Origin: Rhizodiscina lignyota
Taxonomy: Eukaryota
DNA: 64,000 bases
NCBI GenBank assembly: GCA_010015805.1
Contig: ML978122.1
Coordinates: 592,453-656,452, forward strand
Reading direction: 5' to 3'
Below the pieces are notes generated by a model. That model saw only the letters and a program-made list of their open reading frames with translations, searched no databases and was not told the DNA's origin. Both the position numbers and the translations under genes were made by a program. How positions within the stretch are numbered: position 1 is the stretch's first letter; every line of letters starts with the position of its first letter. Positions 12,693-24,280 of the stretch are shown here, piece after piece.

Positions 12693-13289
12693 CTACGTTG
12701 AGAATGTCACCTCTTGACTTTCAAACTCCCCAGTGAGACAACCTGTCCCGCCACCGAGCGCTGTCAAATCATCATCTTTCACGTCAGTGGCCACAACAGG
12801 CCATACGCCTTTCCAGCGGCCCTTGGCTTGAACGCGGTATTCTTTGCCTTTCTCTAGCTTCATGAACGGCTCTTCAAACTTGACGTCCTGACCCAACTCT
12901 TTCCCCGGTGCAAGCTCAACCAATGCCTCTCGTGACGGAGGCAGTTTTCGATTAATCTTAAGGTTCAATGAAGGCAGTTCCGTGCTGGCAGCCACGTCTT
13001 GCACGTGGAACACGCCGAGAGCAACCGCCTTCGAATCGAACGGGGTATCCCAGGTCAAGATCGTGAAAGTCGTAGATGGAGAATTGTTACGGAGCGTAAC
13101 GTGTATTGTTGGAGATGAGAATGAGGTGTGGCTGATGCGCATTTCCAGGTTGGATAAAGCCATTGCTGCCGCCGATTGTTTCCTGAGGAGCCTTGCTAGG
13201 AATATTGGAGGAATAGAGTCCTGCCAGTAAAGCAAGACGAGCGCAAGACTGAGTACAGAAACCGCGACAGGTAAGGATCTTGCGATCAT
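12693..13289 (-). CDS. Secreted or anchored 198-aa protein resembling the propeptide domain of M35 metalloproteases; no catalytic domain
   Basis: Hydrophobic N-terminus. IHVTLRNNS..TFTILTWDTPFD...GVFHV...ALVELAPGKELGQDV...LEKGKEYRVQAKG parallels the neighbouring protease prodomain VKATVTNDG..DLNLLSVGTMLD...AFTPLAAGSSMEFEV...LSDGGIYSVLAQG. No HExxH. Intronless. Confidence 0.7.
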   Translation of the reverse strand: MIARSLPVAVSVLSLALVLLYWQDSIPPIFLARLLRKQSAAAMALSNLEMRISHTSFSSPTIHVTLRNNSPSTTFTILTWDTPFDSKAVALGVFHVQDVAASTELPSLNLKINRKLPPSREALVELAPGKELGQDVKFEEPFMKLEKGKEYRVQAKGRWKGVWPVVATDVKDDDLTALGGGTGCLTGEFESQEVTFST

Positions 13290-15250
13290 TGGTACTCCTA
13301 AGTATCAAAATTTCAAAGAGTTGCTATTCAACAATTGACAGCCAAACGAAAAGCAAAATTGATGGTGAGACATTTACAACAAGCAATCAATCATGACACA
13401 AAAGACAACGCACTTGTTTAAACCTGTTAGAGTTGCATAGAGATCCTGGGTGTTTCATAACACAGACAGCCAAGGCCGTGCAGGGATGCCGCTATCGAAT
13501 AGATGAAATATCATGCTCCAAGAGAGCAGGTGCGGAGTCAGGTCTTGTGACCTCCTTCTGCCTGGATGTAACATTGGCAAGAAGGCAACCCAGGCTTGCG
13601 CATAGTGAGGGTGTAGATGCAGCGCGAAATCGTCCGTAGAGATGCTCACTGCTTATCGAGAAGTTTGTCGATCTCTAGAATGCCGTCGGGCTTCTCGAGG
13701 GTTTCCACGATGGCGGTTTTGCTGCCAAGAAAGACTACTCCAGGATTCCACTGTCCTTCCCTTCTCGGGCAGATTCCCGGAGCATCGTGATCGGAAAGAC
13801 GCCAGTGTCGATGCCAAGGTGCAAATTTTCCTTAAGCAAATTGAATCTTACAAAGAAATACGGAAGTTGAATATGAAATGAAATATGTCAACGACCCAAA
13901 GCGAGCATAAGAAATGCACCTAGCTTAACGTCATGGCGCAACAAGTAAAAGGCAACCCTTCCGCCAATACCCGCCTTCGGCACTGTCGCTCTTTCAAGAT
14001 TGAGGCACACTGGCTGCGGAGGTAGATAATAGATGAGATGCGATAAGAAATGGCATGGAAACCCCTTCAATGTATGTTGCAAGCCATGATGGACTATGTT
14101 TCGATTGTTTCAAAGTGTTTGGTGCGGAAGAATAGAAAGAGGGAAGATGGAAGCAGTAGTGCAGTGATCGACGGAGTGGAGTTGAAATGCCGGCCAATTG
14201 AACTTCCGCATCAATATTTTGACCTCCTCCTTCCATCTCTGACCAAAGTTACAGGATATTCGACGCACGAGTTCTTTCGTCGACTATCTTCGCTTGTCGT
14301 GACGGTTATCCAGGGTCTTGACACACCTCCTCGATGCAGAAGAATCTTGCCATCTCATTCGAGCAACTGGTGATGTTAGCGCCGGTACCGAATTCCGTGC
14401 AGATGCAAGTATTGAGATTGAGGCAGGTCATCGCAGCTGCTTTAGAGCAGTGATCACATTCAGGCCCCGCTTGCAAGTGATGTCTACTCCACGCTCGGGA
14501 GGCGCCGAGAGGGACCCATGGCGTTTAACTTAATTGGCTTCCCGTCCTTACAAATCCTGTACAATCGAAGCCAATCCTTGCAGACCTGACTGTTACACTA
14601 GGTCATCTGGTAGCAGCCGGAAGAATCGTAAATGGGCCGCTGGCAGAAGACCATGCGAGACTTTGGGCCTGTAGTCCCCGGGATCGTCAGTAGCTACTTT
14701 TCAGTTATAGAGGTCCCCACTCTGAAATCTGCGCGCTAACAACGCCAAGATAGACATACACTGCTGTTCTAGCTCCAAGTAGTTGTCACTAGATAGTGTT
14801 TTCTCCAATTTCTCTCTTCCATTCGTCGCTCAGCACCCTGTCAGCCACCACAAGAAGTCAAGACTATATCTCTTGAGTCTTGTCCACGACAAGCATTCCA
14901 AGAGCTCCCAAGGATGTACATGCAATGCACCTCTCGCAAGCACTCTCGCAAGCATCAGGTCTGTATGCTGACCTTCCTCCTCCTTGGACATATCTCCATT
15001 GAGCTTCCCAGAGTGCCTTGGTGTACTGCGCGGGTTGCGCGGTGGTTCTTTAGGGGACGGATAATGGACTTGGCGAGTCTCTTCGGCGTTCGATATTGTT
15101 TGGGAAGGAGAATATCCAGGTTTTTGGGTATAAGAAGTCTTGCTATGCTCAAGACGTGCTCCTCAGCGCTCCATCCACATCCTCTTGTCAAGTCTGTCCC
15201 AGCAGTAGCAATTTTTGCTGTTCAAAATTGTTTGCTTGTTCTTCTTCAAT

Positions 15251-16521
15251 ATGAAAGGCTTCACTACCATCGCTCTTGCCGCTCTGGTGGCTCTGGGTTC
15301 CTCAGCAGTCTTGGACCGGCGTGCGAGTGGTCTTTCGGTTGAGCTCACAGCCACAGGCAATTCCAAAGTCAAGGCAACTGTGACAAATGACGGAGCTGAG
15401 GACCTAAATCTGCTGAGTGTCGGTACCATGCTCGATACTGCAGAGTCTGTGGAGAAGGTGAAGGTATACTCTGCTGGTAGGTGATTTTCAGACTCTATCC
15501 CGTCGGAAGGGCGTCGATCTTGTGATTTCTGAGCGTTGCCCTGAATAACGAGAAAGAATTGTAGAGTGACATTCCTTTTCGCTCAATAGCCGATGTCTGA
15601 TCGGATAGAATGCCTTGCTGATTCAGACTCCAGAAGCCAAGATTGCCTTCACTGGCATACGAAAGCGCGTCAATATCGACAATCTAAGCGCGGATGCGTT
15701 TACTCCTCTCGCCGCCGGTAGTTCGATGGAGTTCGAAGTTGACATCGCATCGGTGCACGATCTCAGCGATGGCGGTATCTATTCGGTTCTCGCACAAGGC
15801 GCTCTACCGTATGCAACGGCCAACTCTACCACTCTTAGTGGTGCGGCGGTCCCGTTTGTGAGCAACACACTCAAGATGGATGTTAATGGCGCGGAAGCAG
15901 CGAAGGTGGAGAAGGCCGTCAAAGTGCTTGACAAGCGCACCATCGTGAGTTCTGATTGCTCCGGCTCGGAAGCCAGCGACCTTCGCAGTGCTCTTAGCAA
16001 CTGCGTGAGCTTGGCAAATGCAGCTGCTAGTGCAGCTACTAGTGGTAGCGCATCCAAGTTCCAGGAATACTTCAAGTCGACATCATCTTCTGTTCGTTCG
16101 GAGGTTGCTAACTGCCTCTCCGAGGTCGCGGATGAGTGCAGCAGCAGTACCTCCGGGTCGACGGATTACTACTGCGAAGATATTTACGGCGGCTGCTCTT
16201 CCGATGTGCTTGCGTATACGGTGCCTAGCCAAGAAGCCATTGTCAGCTGCCCACTGTACTTCAACGATCTTCCAATCTTGACGTCGACCTGCCATGCCCA
16301 GGATATGTCAACAACCACAATACATGAGATGACCCACGCGCTCTGTGGAACCCTGGACCTTGGCTATGGATATCAGGCAGCGACAAGCTTGAGCTCAAGC
16401 CAAGCCGTAGATAATGCGGACAGCTACGCATTGTATGCAAATGGTAACTACCCCCCTCTGTATAGCACTCATGTGATATATGTGAGCTAATTTGGACACA
16501 GCCATCCACGTTGGCTGCTAA
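15251..16521 (+). CDS. Deuterolysin / neutral protease II (peptidase M35); exons 15251-15476, 15634-16443, 16502-16521
   Basis: Signal peptide MKGFTTIALAALVALG, prodomain ending at dibasic DKR, HEMTH zinc motif, GTLDLGYG, NADSYALYAN, C-terminal Cys. Confidence 0.95.
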
Positions 16522-17401
16522 GCAAGATCTTCTCAGGGTTTAAAGTAAAGTAATTGATGCTAGCTTAGTGGACTAGGGGTAACTTCGTCAGCACAGACGC
16601 AACATTTGAACTGGTATCTTTTTTTGGGTAGTAGTATAAGAGCATTCCACGAGACATTGAACAGAAAATGGAATCACAGGTAGAACGATGAGAGATTCCA
16701 AATCTTTGACTGAAGTAGGAGCTTTGCTTAGATTGACAATATCGAGTATCGAATTAGACAGTGATAGTATCTCTGCTCAATGTCAAATGCTCTTTCAAGA
16801 CCGCTCTCAGCCGGAAAGACCCTGCATGCATATAGTTTTGCTGGTGGCGTCGCGTTCCAATGTGGGCTGGTCCAGCATTCGGCATCGCGACGGAATTTGG
16901 CGGCTGCGATAGCCCTTCTCATATCGCCGATATCTGGTGTATTGGTAATGCTCGCGTCGATTTCGCCTCGCTGACGGACTTGAACTGGTTGGCGAAGATG
17001 AGCGTGTCCCTTCTCCGCGACGCGCCATATCGTAGACGCCACCCGCCGGTGAACTCAAACAAGAAACTTGCTATGCCATCGATCGCTATCTGTTTGACGG
17101 CAATGTTAAGCATACCAGATGTAAAGGTAATGTCTTGCAGTTGGGCCGATCCACACCAGACAGTGCCGAGTGCCGCTTCGTGAATGCCGAAATGGTAAAT
17201 CCAACGCTATGAGCCTGATTGATACCGAGATTCACGATGCCGTCGTCAAGCTTGCCAAAAATAGTGCCACAGGCGTACAGAGGTCAAATCGAACTCAATC
17301 TGATCCTGGCTGTGATGGTGTTGATGAATCGTTCTGCGCATCATGCTGCCGTCGAAAAAAGCATCCTCAAAGCTGAGCCGACCATGTCGTCTCCCAAGCC
17401 T

Positions 17402-18264
17402 TCAAGTTGCGTTCCAGATATTCTTGAGGTCTTCTGATTCCCGCGAGGCGAGAGGAACTACATCCCTCTCCATAAATTCCTCTTCAGCAAGATCTCCGTT
17501 TCGAAGATTGTCCAATCGAGCACCAACCCTGATATTCAATTCACTGCTCCTCGCGACTCCATCTGCCAATTGACCATCTCGAGTTACAAGGTTGGGTTGG
17601 ACAGTCGTCTGCGGGTCTTTGAAGGGCTCAAGGGAGGAAGCAAGTCGCTTGTATGCTCTTACTTTGTTCTGTAAGGCAGCTCTTCGCTGTGAGAGGTCCT
17701 TGATCTTCTCAAGAACGACTGTGTAACGATCATGATTGTCAAGCTGGTGGCGCGCTGATGAAATCTCTTCAAGCTCTTCTGGGTCTTCAGGGAGTTTTGT
17801 GATGGATCTAGGTAGATGTCAGAAGATTTTCGGCTCAACAAAGGTGAATTTGTCCTACACATCGCTGCACAAGTCATCGCCGATTCTTAGTATAGGATCC
17901 TGTCCATCGAGTGTAGCTTCATGATCATCGTCGAAGAGAATGGGAGCTCCAGTGACCCAGTATAGCTTGTCAATTTGCTCGGCGACATGGCGAATCGCAA
18001 GGGATGAATAGGCGGCTTTGTTGTGGCGTCTGACTTGTCGATTCACTGATTAAGAACTCGGTTAGTACTCAATCGCCTATCACAGTCGGATGGCGCCTCA
18101 CATTCTCTTGTAGCCTCTGCTATTGCGGCGTCAGTCAACGTGCCTCGCTCGCGACTGTTGTTGCGCCATTGCTCCGATGGCTGAAGCGGTTGGGAGAGGA
18201 TACGCGTCTGGGTTCGCAGGAAGGAACTTTTCAAGGCGACAACTGTGCTTCCTTGCTCCGACAT
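17402..18264 (-). CDS. fta4: Kinetochore Sim4-complex subunit Fta4-like, 3 exons
   Basis: LKSSFLRTQTRILSQPL, HNKAAYSSLAIRHVAEQIDKLYW, LEPFKDPQTTVQPNLVTRDGQL; two GT-AG introns join the frames to TGA at 17402. Confidence 0.8.
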
Positions 18265-18985
18265 TCTGAGTTAGAATTGGGGGGGAGTAATTGACGGTTC
18301 TATGCTTGTAAACTTGAACGAGGTCGAGCTTCAGCGCGAAAAACACGCGCTAACACGTGCAGCGTATCATCTCCAATCGCGCTATTCCTATTTTGGGTTC
18401 TTCCTGCTCACGACCATATCTTCGGTTCGTTTGCTCCTAAGGGACAATACTATCCGGATCATTCGCCGGCTTTTACTAGTCTCCTATATTTACATGCAGC
18501 TTTCGATTCTTCAGTCACTTCTGATAACGTTGCGAGTCTTTCATAGCGAAAGCGAGAATGTCCTCAGCTCCATGGCCATCAAAGTAACCCGACGGCTATT
18601 TCCTTACTTGAAGATTGGGGCACGACATTCGTATCATTTACGGATGTGTGATTGACAAGAGCTGTGGAAAGGGAAAGAGGACCTCACAAGGTCTACAATT
18701 GGTGTTGTACAGTATACGATGGTTACACACTGTCGTGCATGCCGCGAACTTTTGCCAAGAGCGAACACGATGTGGAGGTTGAGGAGAAGCTGCACTTGTG
18801 GTGTGTAGGTGTCGAACCTGCCATCGCTTCTTGAATGATCACAAGGCAATCAAGAGTGACTCTCTTTCCAATATATTTCTCTGTCGTTCTCAATCCACTC
18901 TCAATCTACGCTCGTTCACTGTTCGCAAGTTGAACCAACTTTCTCCACTAAAAAATCCAAAGTTCTTCCATCCAACCGCATCAAG

Positions 18986-19740
18986 ATGGTATCTGGTTTC
19001 GTGCTCAAGGGTTTGGCCCTGGTTTGTTTGGGTGCAAGGTACGTCTAATCATTCCTGTCTTGTTCTACGTAACGTCTAATCAACAAAGCAGCATGTTCGT
19101 ATCCGCTCTTCCAGAGCCTGAGCCGAATTACAAGCCCTTCCCAACGTACGATCCAACCCCAAACAATCCGACCTGCCCTGCTTCGACACCAGTAAGTCCC
19201 GCTCTTGAACAAGTGCTCATTATGATTTCGAGACTGGCATCTTCTCGAAACTGTCGCATTCGTTCACCTTCCATTTCATAGCGACCATCTACCAACATCC
19301 CATGACAGCTAATATCATGTACTCATCTTGCCATTCTGGCATATGCTGATTTGTACAACCCACTACAGTTCACGACCGTTTACGTCTCCTCGTTCCAAGT
19401 GGTCGACACATTGGTCGTGACCCGCTATGTCTCCACCACAGTCAAAACGACAGCAACCCTGAAAAGGTCTTGCCCTACCTTCCAAACAATCGTCGACTAT
19501 CCGGACCCCCGTACCAAGTGTGCATTCAACTCGAAGACTTGCACGGTTCCGCTCTGTCTCGCAATCAGCACGCTCACGAAGCCATGTAATACAGACCCGT
19601 GCTGCCCCAGCACCATTCCGACGCAGACTCTCTATCAGCCCTGCCCAACAGGCTGTCCCACCGGCTGCGGTGGAACCACCTGGGAAGCCCTCCAACCGCC
19701 TTGTCCGACCATTGCCCCTTCACCAATGCCGAAGCCGTAA
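18986..19740 (+). CDS. Small secreted Cys/Thr/Pro-rich protein with one Cys module, 3 exons
   Basis: Signal-like MVSGFVLKGLALVCLGA; donors GTACGT and GTAAGT; last exon CTVPLCLAISTLTKPCNTDPCCPSTIPTQTLYQPCPTGCPTGC. Confidence 0.75.
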
Positions 19741-20727
19741 GGTATTGGTCTGAATGTTGGGGGACGCCGTGAGGTATTCGACTGTCTGACTTGAGGCTTT
19801 GCCGACCTTTTGTCTTTCCTTTCATGAATGTCCAAGTTCCAAATGCTGCATATTACGATCTGAGAACAGTTCAGCTGCAAATGCACAGTACGTAGTTAGT
19901 CCACGAGACAGAAATTAATCTAGCGGTCGTATCATTCTCTCCGACGTTAGCCAGCGGTTGAAGATCTGCGTCGACCAGCTGCTGTAAAGTGACTTGGCAG
20001 ATGCCCAAATATAAAAGCCCAAGAGAGATGTTCGATCTCTTACAGCCTGCTCTAAGTTTAAAAGGCTTTCGTATCCCTCAGTGCAGATCTCTCGCCCAGC
20101 CTCGAAATTCCGTCCAACGGACAGCTCTGCAGCTGAAACAATTCGCCCTACCAGGCGCTGGGCGACCAGCTCCAGCCTCCTGCAGCTCCACGCGACTCGC
20201 GGGCCCGCAGTGCGGAGGGCATGCATTGGACATGCATCGCATGCCGCTAAAAATAAATTTCATTCCGCCGAGAAATTCTCGATGCGCAAGTCGCCTTTGC
20301 GCATGCGGGTGTGTCAATTGTGTAACTCTTGACTTGCTGGGCGGAACGGAGTTATGTCTCTCGTATTGGCAGCCTGCGCGGAAATGGGTGGGAGGCTGGG
20401 CGTGTCTGACGGCTCTTATAGGCAGATTGTATCGTATTTAGTATTTACTGGGCATTCCAAGGTCACCCTAAGTACCCGTCCCAGACCAGCTGAGATTTCA
20501 GGAGAGGAGCGCGGGGGAGGTAGCAAACGAGGCGTTCTGCGGAATCATGGGCGCTGCAAATGATTTAAAGAATCGGTTTGGACTTCTTGAGTGACGTTTG
20601 TAGTGTTATTAAGAAGTCACGACATCCTGTCACTGCGCGTCTCGCCCTGTTCAACGGTTTTGAAGTAATAATTACACAAGACAATTGAAGTCAGATCAGC
20701 ATCGAGTCGCCATCACAAAGACCAAAT

Positions 20728-21435
20728 ATGTTTCTGAAGGCTGTTTTCCTCGCGGCCGTGTTACTGTTCAGGTTTGTTGTCTCCATTGCAGTTTGTCTCG
20801 GACGTCAGGCATCTGACAGATGAATAGTGAAGGTCAGGCAATTCGACGCTCGAAATGTAGCTGCTATACAGCAACAACGACGATATCCGACACATCCTGT
20901 CCAACATTCACACCACCAGGTGGAGGGATCTGTGCAACGCCATTCTGTATCCTCGATGTCTTTGTGACAGTTCCAGCGCACAATCCACGCTGTCCCAAGA
21001 CTCCGACAGTAACATCGTTCTATCCGTGCCCAACGGCGTGTCCCGGATGTGCGACGGTTCGTACTCTGCGTTGCCATGTAGAATTGAAGACTGTGTAAAT
21101 ATGCTTACTTGAAATAGGGATATTCGACTGAGACGGCAAGCACTACTTGCCTTTCAACATCGAAACCAACGAGCAGCGCTCCGCCAGTGACAACACCACC
21201 ACCATCGAGCTGTTATACGGCGACGGACAGGCTGAGAGCGTCCGATTGCACACCGATTCCCGATTGCTTTACGGCGGACTGTATCATAGAATCGATCGTT
21301 ACTGTGCCGCCTGTGGATTCGAATTGCCCTGTCACGCCAACAGTCACGATTCAGAGCGCTTGTCCAACCGCATGCGTTGGTGATTGTCAAACCGATTATT
21401 CAACCGTTACGGCTGTCGAGGCTACGCCGGTGTGA
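20728..21435 (+). CDS. Small secreted Cys/Thr-rich protein with two tandem 8-Cys modules, 3 exons
   Basis: Signal MFLKAVFLAAVLLFSEGQA; two repeats SCYTAT...C...C.T..CI....VTVP.....CP.TPTVT....CPTAC.G.C.T.YST.TA. Confidence 0.8.
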
Positions 21436-21487
21436 AATTAAATCTTTCCATTAGCAAAGCAGGCGTTTGCTTGATGTGGGAATCGAG

Positions 21488-22649
21488 CTAGGTATGTAGC
21501 TTCAGAATACGAATTGCATTATCGCCCAATACGTTGTTCGCCGTTGTGTTGTCAGAACCAAAAGCGTTCTTGATGGCATCGCGATTTAATCTTGCACTCA
21601 ACCACTCTTCTTCTCCTCGTAGGGGTGGGAAGAAAGGATGGTCAGTTCCTTGTGCAATAACGTCAGCGTTGACACTCGAAAACTGTGTAAGCGCCTCAAG
21701 CGCCTCATGAGACAACGGAAGGTGATGACAAACCGAACATGATCCTTTCCGCTCCAGATGCAGCGACTGCTGCTTGCAGCCCGACTTCTGAGTAGATGAC
21801 GGCATCCAAGTATATGTTTTTTCTTAAAACATCCCAGAGGGCCCGTTTTTCTTCATTTAGCTTGCCCTCCTTGAGAAGGTAACCGTCGTGTTCGAGACAG
21901 CTCTCAATTCTACCAGCGAGAAAGGGCAATGTGCCGCCTGAGTGGGCAAGGAGAACTTGCAAAGTCTTGGAACGGTCAAAGACGCCAGAAAGATACATCC
22001 GCGTCACGGCAATTGTTGTTTCCAGAGGAAAGCCCAAAGCAAGTGAAAGGACATGGCCATACTTGTCCGCACGGGGTCCATATACAGCCGAGGGAAGACC
22101 ATAGTGCGGATGAAGGAAAATTGGAAGCTCGTGCTTCTCCAGTGCAGCGTACACGATGTCTAAGAGGGGGTCGTCCAGTCCGCTCCCAAGACCTGTCGTT
22201 CCCATAATAACACCACGCATGTGTTTCAGCGAGCTAATATGCTGTATTTCGGCTTCTATTGCGGAAGCGGTTGCGGACAGTGGTAATACCGCAAAAGCGT
22301 AAAGTCTACCCGCATGTTGGCTACATAACTGATCCAATTCGCCATTGATTAGTCTGGCTTGTTCAGTTGCTTCAGCTGGGGCCAAGAAATCGAGCCATGG
22401 ATTGGCCAGCGAGATTACGGACGTGCTGATACTATGAGAATCCATGAACGCAAGTTTCTCATTGATGTCCCAATAAGATGGACCGACAGGTCTGCCTCGC
22501 GATGGCGATTCATCCTCGCCAGGCAGGATGATTAGCCGGTCTCCAATGTCCGCAAAAGTCCGGATGAAGGGTACTTCTTTACGAGTGCGGAGTAATGCGA
22601 TATACGACGGCGTGTAGACATGCGAATGGACGTCTACGATCTTCGCCAT
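21488..22649 (-). CDS. Uracil-5-carboxylate (isoorotate) decarboxylase, amidohydrolase_2 family, 2 exons
   Basis: VDVHSHVY metal motif, SVISLANPWLDFL, FLHPHYGLP, LALGFPLETTIAVTRM, LAHSGGTLPFLAGRI, FG|TDHPFFPP, all characteristic of fungal IDCase. Confidence 0.9.
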
Positions 22650-24280
22650 GGTGATGGATCCGATTAGGTTGAGACTTGAGGGGAACAGAAATAAGGTTCA
22701 GGTCTAGCGCTGAATCAGAGCTCTCGTTTCCAATGTGGTGATGGGTATCGCAATCAGTATCGAACAGCGGGATCGCTCAGGCACCGGTTCGGCGTTTACT
22801 GCATCGGAGTCGGGGTGTCTGTCGTTCGGTCGGTGGAGGCAAGGGTTGATAATAAAGCAAGTAGGCAGCGCAGCTCGTGGTACCGACTCGTACGAGAGCG
22901 AGACGGATGGGCAAATTGGAAGTGCCGTGAGGACTCATTATCCCCCATGCACGCTTACCTAATTGCTCTAAAGCCATGAGTGAGCGGGAGTTCGCCCCGG
23001 GGTATACCCGCTTGCCCCGCCCACGGGTCCGGGAGGTGCTTGGGGCACGAACTGCGATTCGCCAACCTCATCTGTCACCCTTTGTGGGCAATGCCCGTGC
23101 AGACGGAAGATCGTCGGGCGGCTGTTTCCTAAACAACTTGTTGCTAACGGTAATGGCCCGTACATGCTTGGCGTTTCTTGGCGAGTCGATGTAGGGCAGG
23201 GCCTGGGTGAGAATGCCAAAACTGTCATCCGCTACCCTACAGCGGTGCTCTGCCTGATGTGGCCAGCGCAGGTGGAGAGCGACTGCCTGTATACCTGGAT
23301 CATAGATTCGCCTTGCAAACCTTATACCAAGCTTTCCCCTGTCATACCGAGAAAAGAGTTTCGGGAGCATTGCACAGCCTTTGGGGTAATGCACTGGGGC
23401 AGTCCACCCAAGAGTGCGGTCTGACTGTCATTCCTCCGCTGTCCTCCACGCCACGATACAGGAACCGCCTGCAGCATCTCAGGATCCACTTTGCTCCCGC
23501 TCCGCGTTGGCCGGGTAGGCGCTTGACATCATGCTCAGAGGTCTCAGAGAGAAGTTGTTTCCATGGTATGTAGTGCTGACCGCGTTCACTTTGGAATTCT
23601 TTCCTCGCGGGTCGCCCATCACTTCCAGTTGTGCAAAAGTGCAAGTGTAAGCTGGAGTATAGCTCAACGACTACCGCTTTGGTGAAATGATACCACCTCT
23701 TTCCTGTTTAGTATACATACCTTTTCTCATTAGAGGCTCGAGAGCTCCTAAGCATTTTATGAAGCGCGCCTATATCTGCCTACTGGACAGGAGGATAATT
23801 AAGTCTTGGGGATCCCCCCTCAGCTTACGGGCGTCGACCGAACGCGCAACGAGTGTAAGGCTGAGCATTGCATGTCCATCCTGCTTCCTTCCTCCTGAGT
23901 ATACTGCCACCCTCCCGGCTCCCATCAAGGGCCGAAGACGGAAATCCATCGAGCGATCACCATTGCCATCGTTTGCTATTCCAGTGTTGGCAACATCTTT
24001 CATCTCGTAAGATGAGCTCAACGCCGGTTCCCATCGCGCCTGGCCCCGGAGGGAGATTGATGTTGGCATCCGGGGCAGGAGCGACCACGACAACGTCAAG
24101 GCAGCACCAAGGCTCTCCGGTCACTCCGCCTGCCTCATGATTGTATAAATCACTCGATTCCGCCTCGTCTTGCTCCAGGCCCCGCAAGCTCCCTTCACGG
24201 TTTGTTTCATTTTCTTTCCTTTTTGTCTCCGGTTCGCCCGTTCGTCTACACTGCGCGGCCACATATCCATCGCCGCTATA

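Noticed and set aside
16688..17400. Overlapping short ORFs between the protease and Fta4
   Set aside because: No coherent exon structure or recognisable motif; Fta4 ends at 17402.
22735..24260. Short ORFs between IDCase and the GMC gene
   Set aside because: No family signature or splice-consistent model; likely promoter or UTR sequence.
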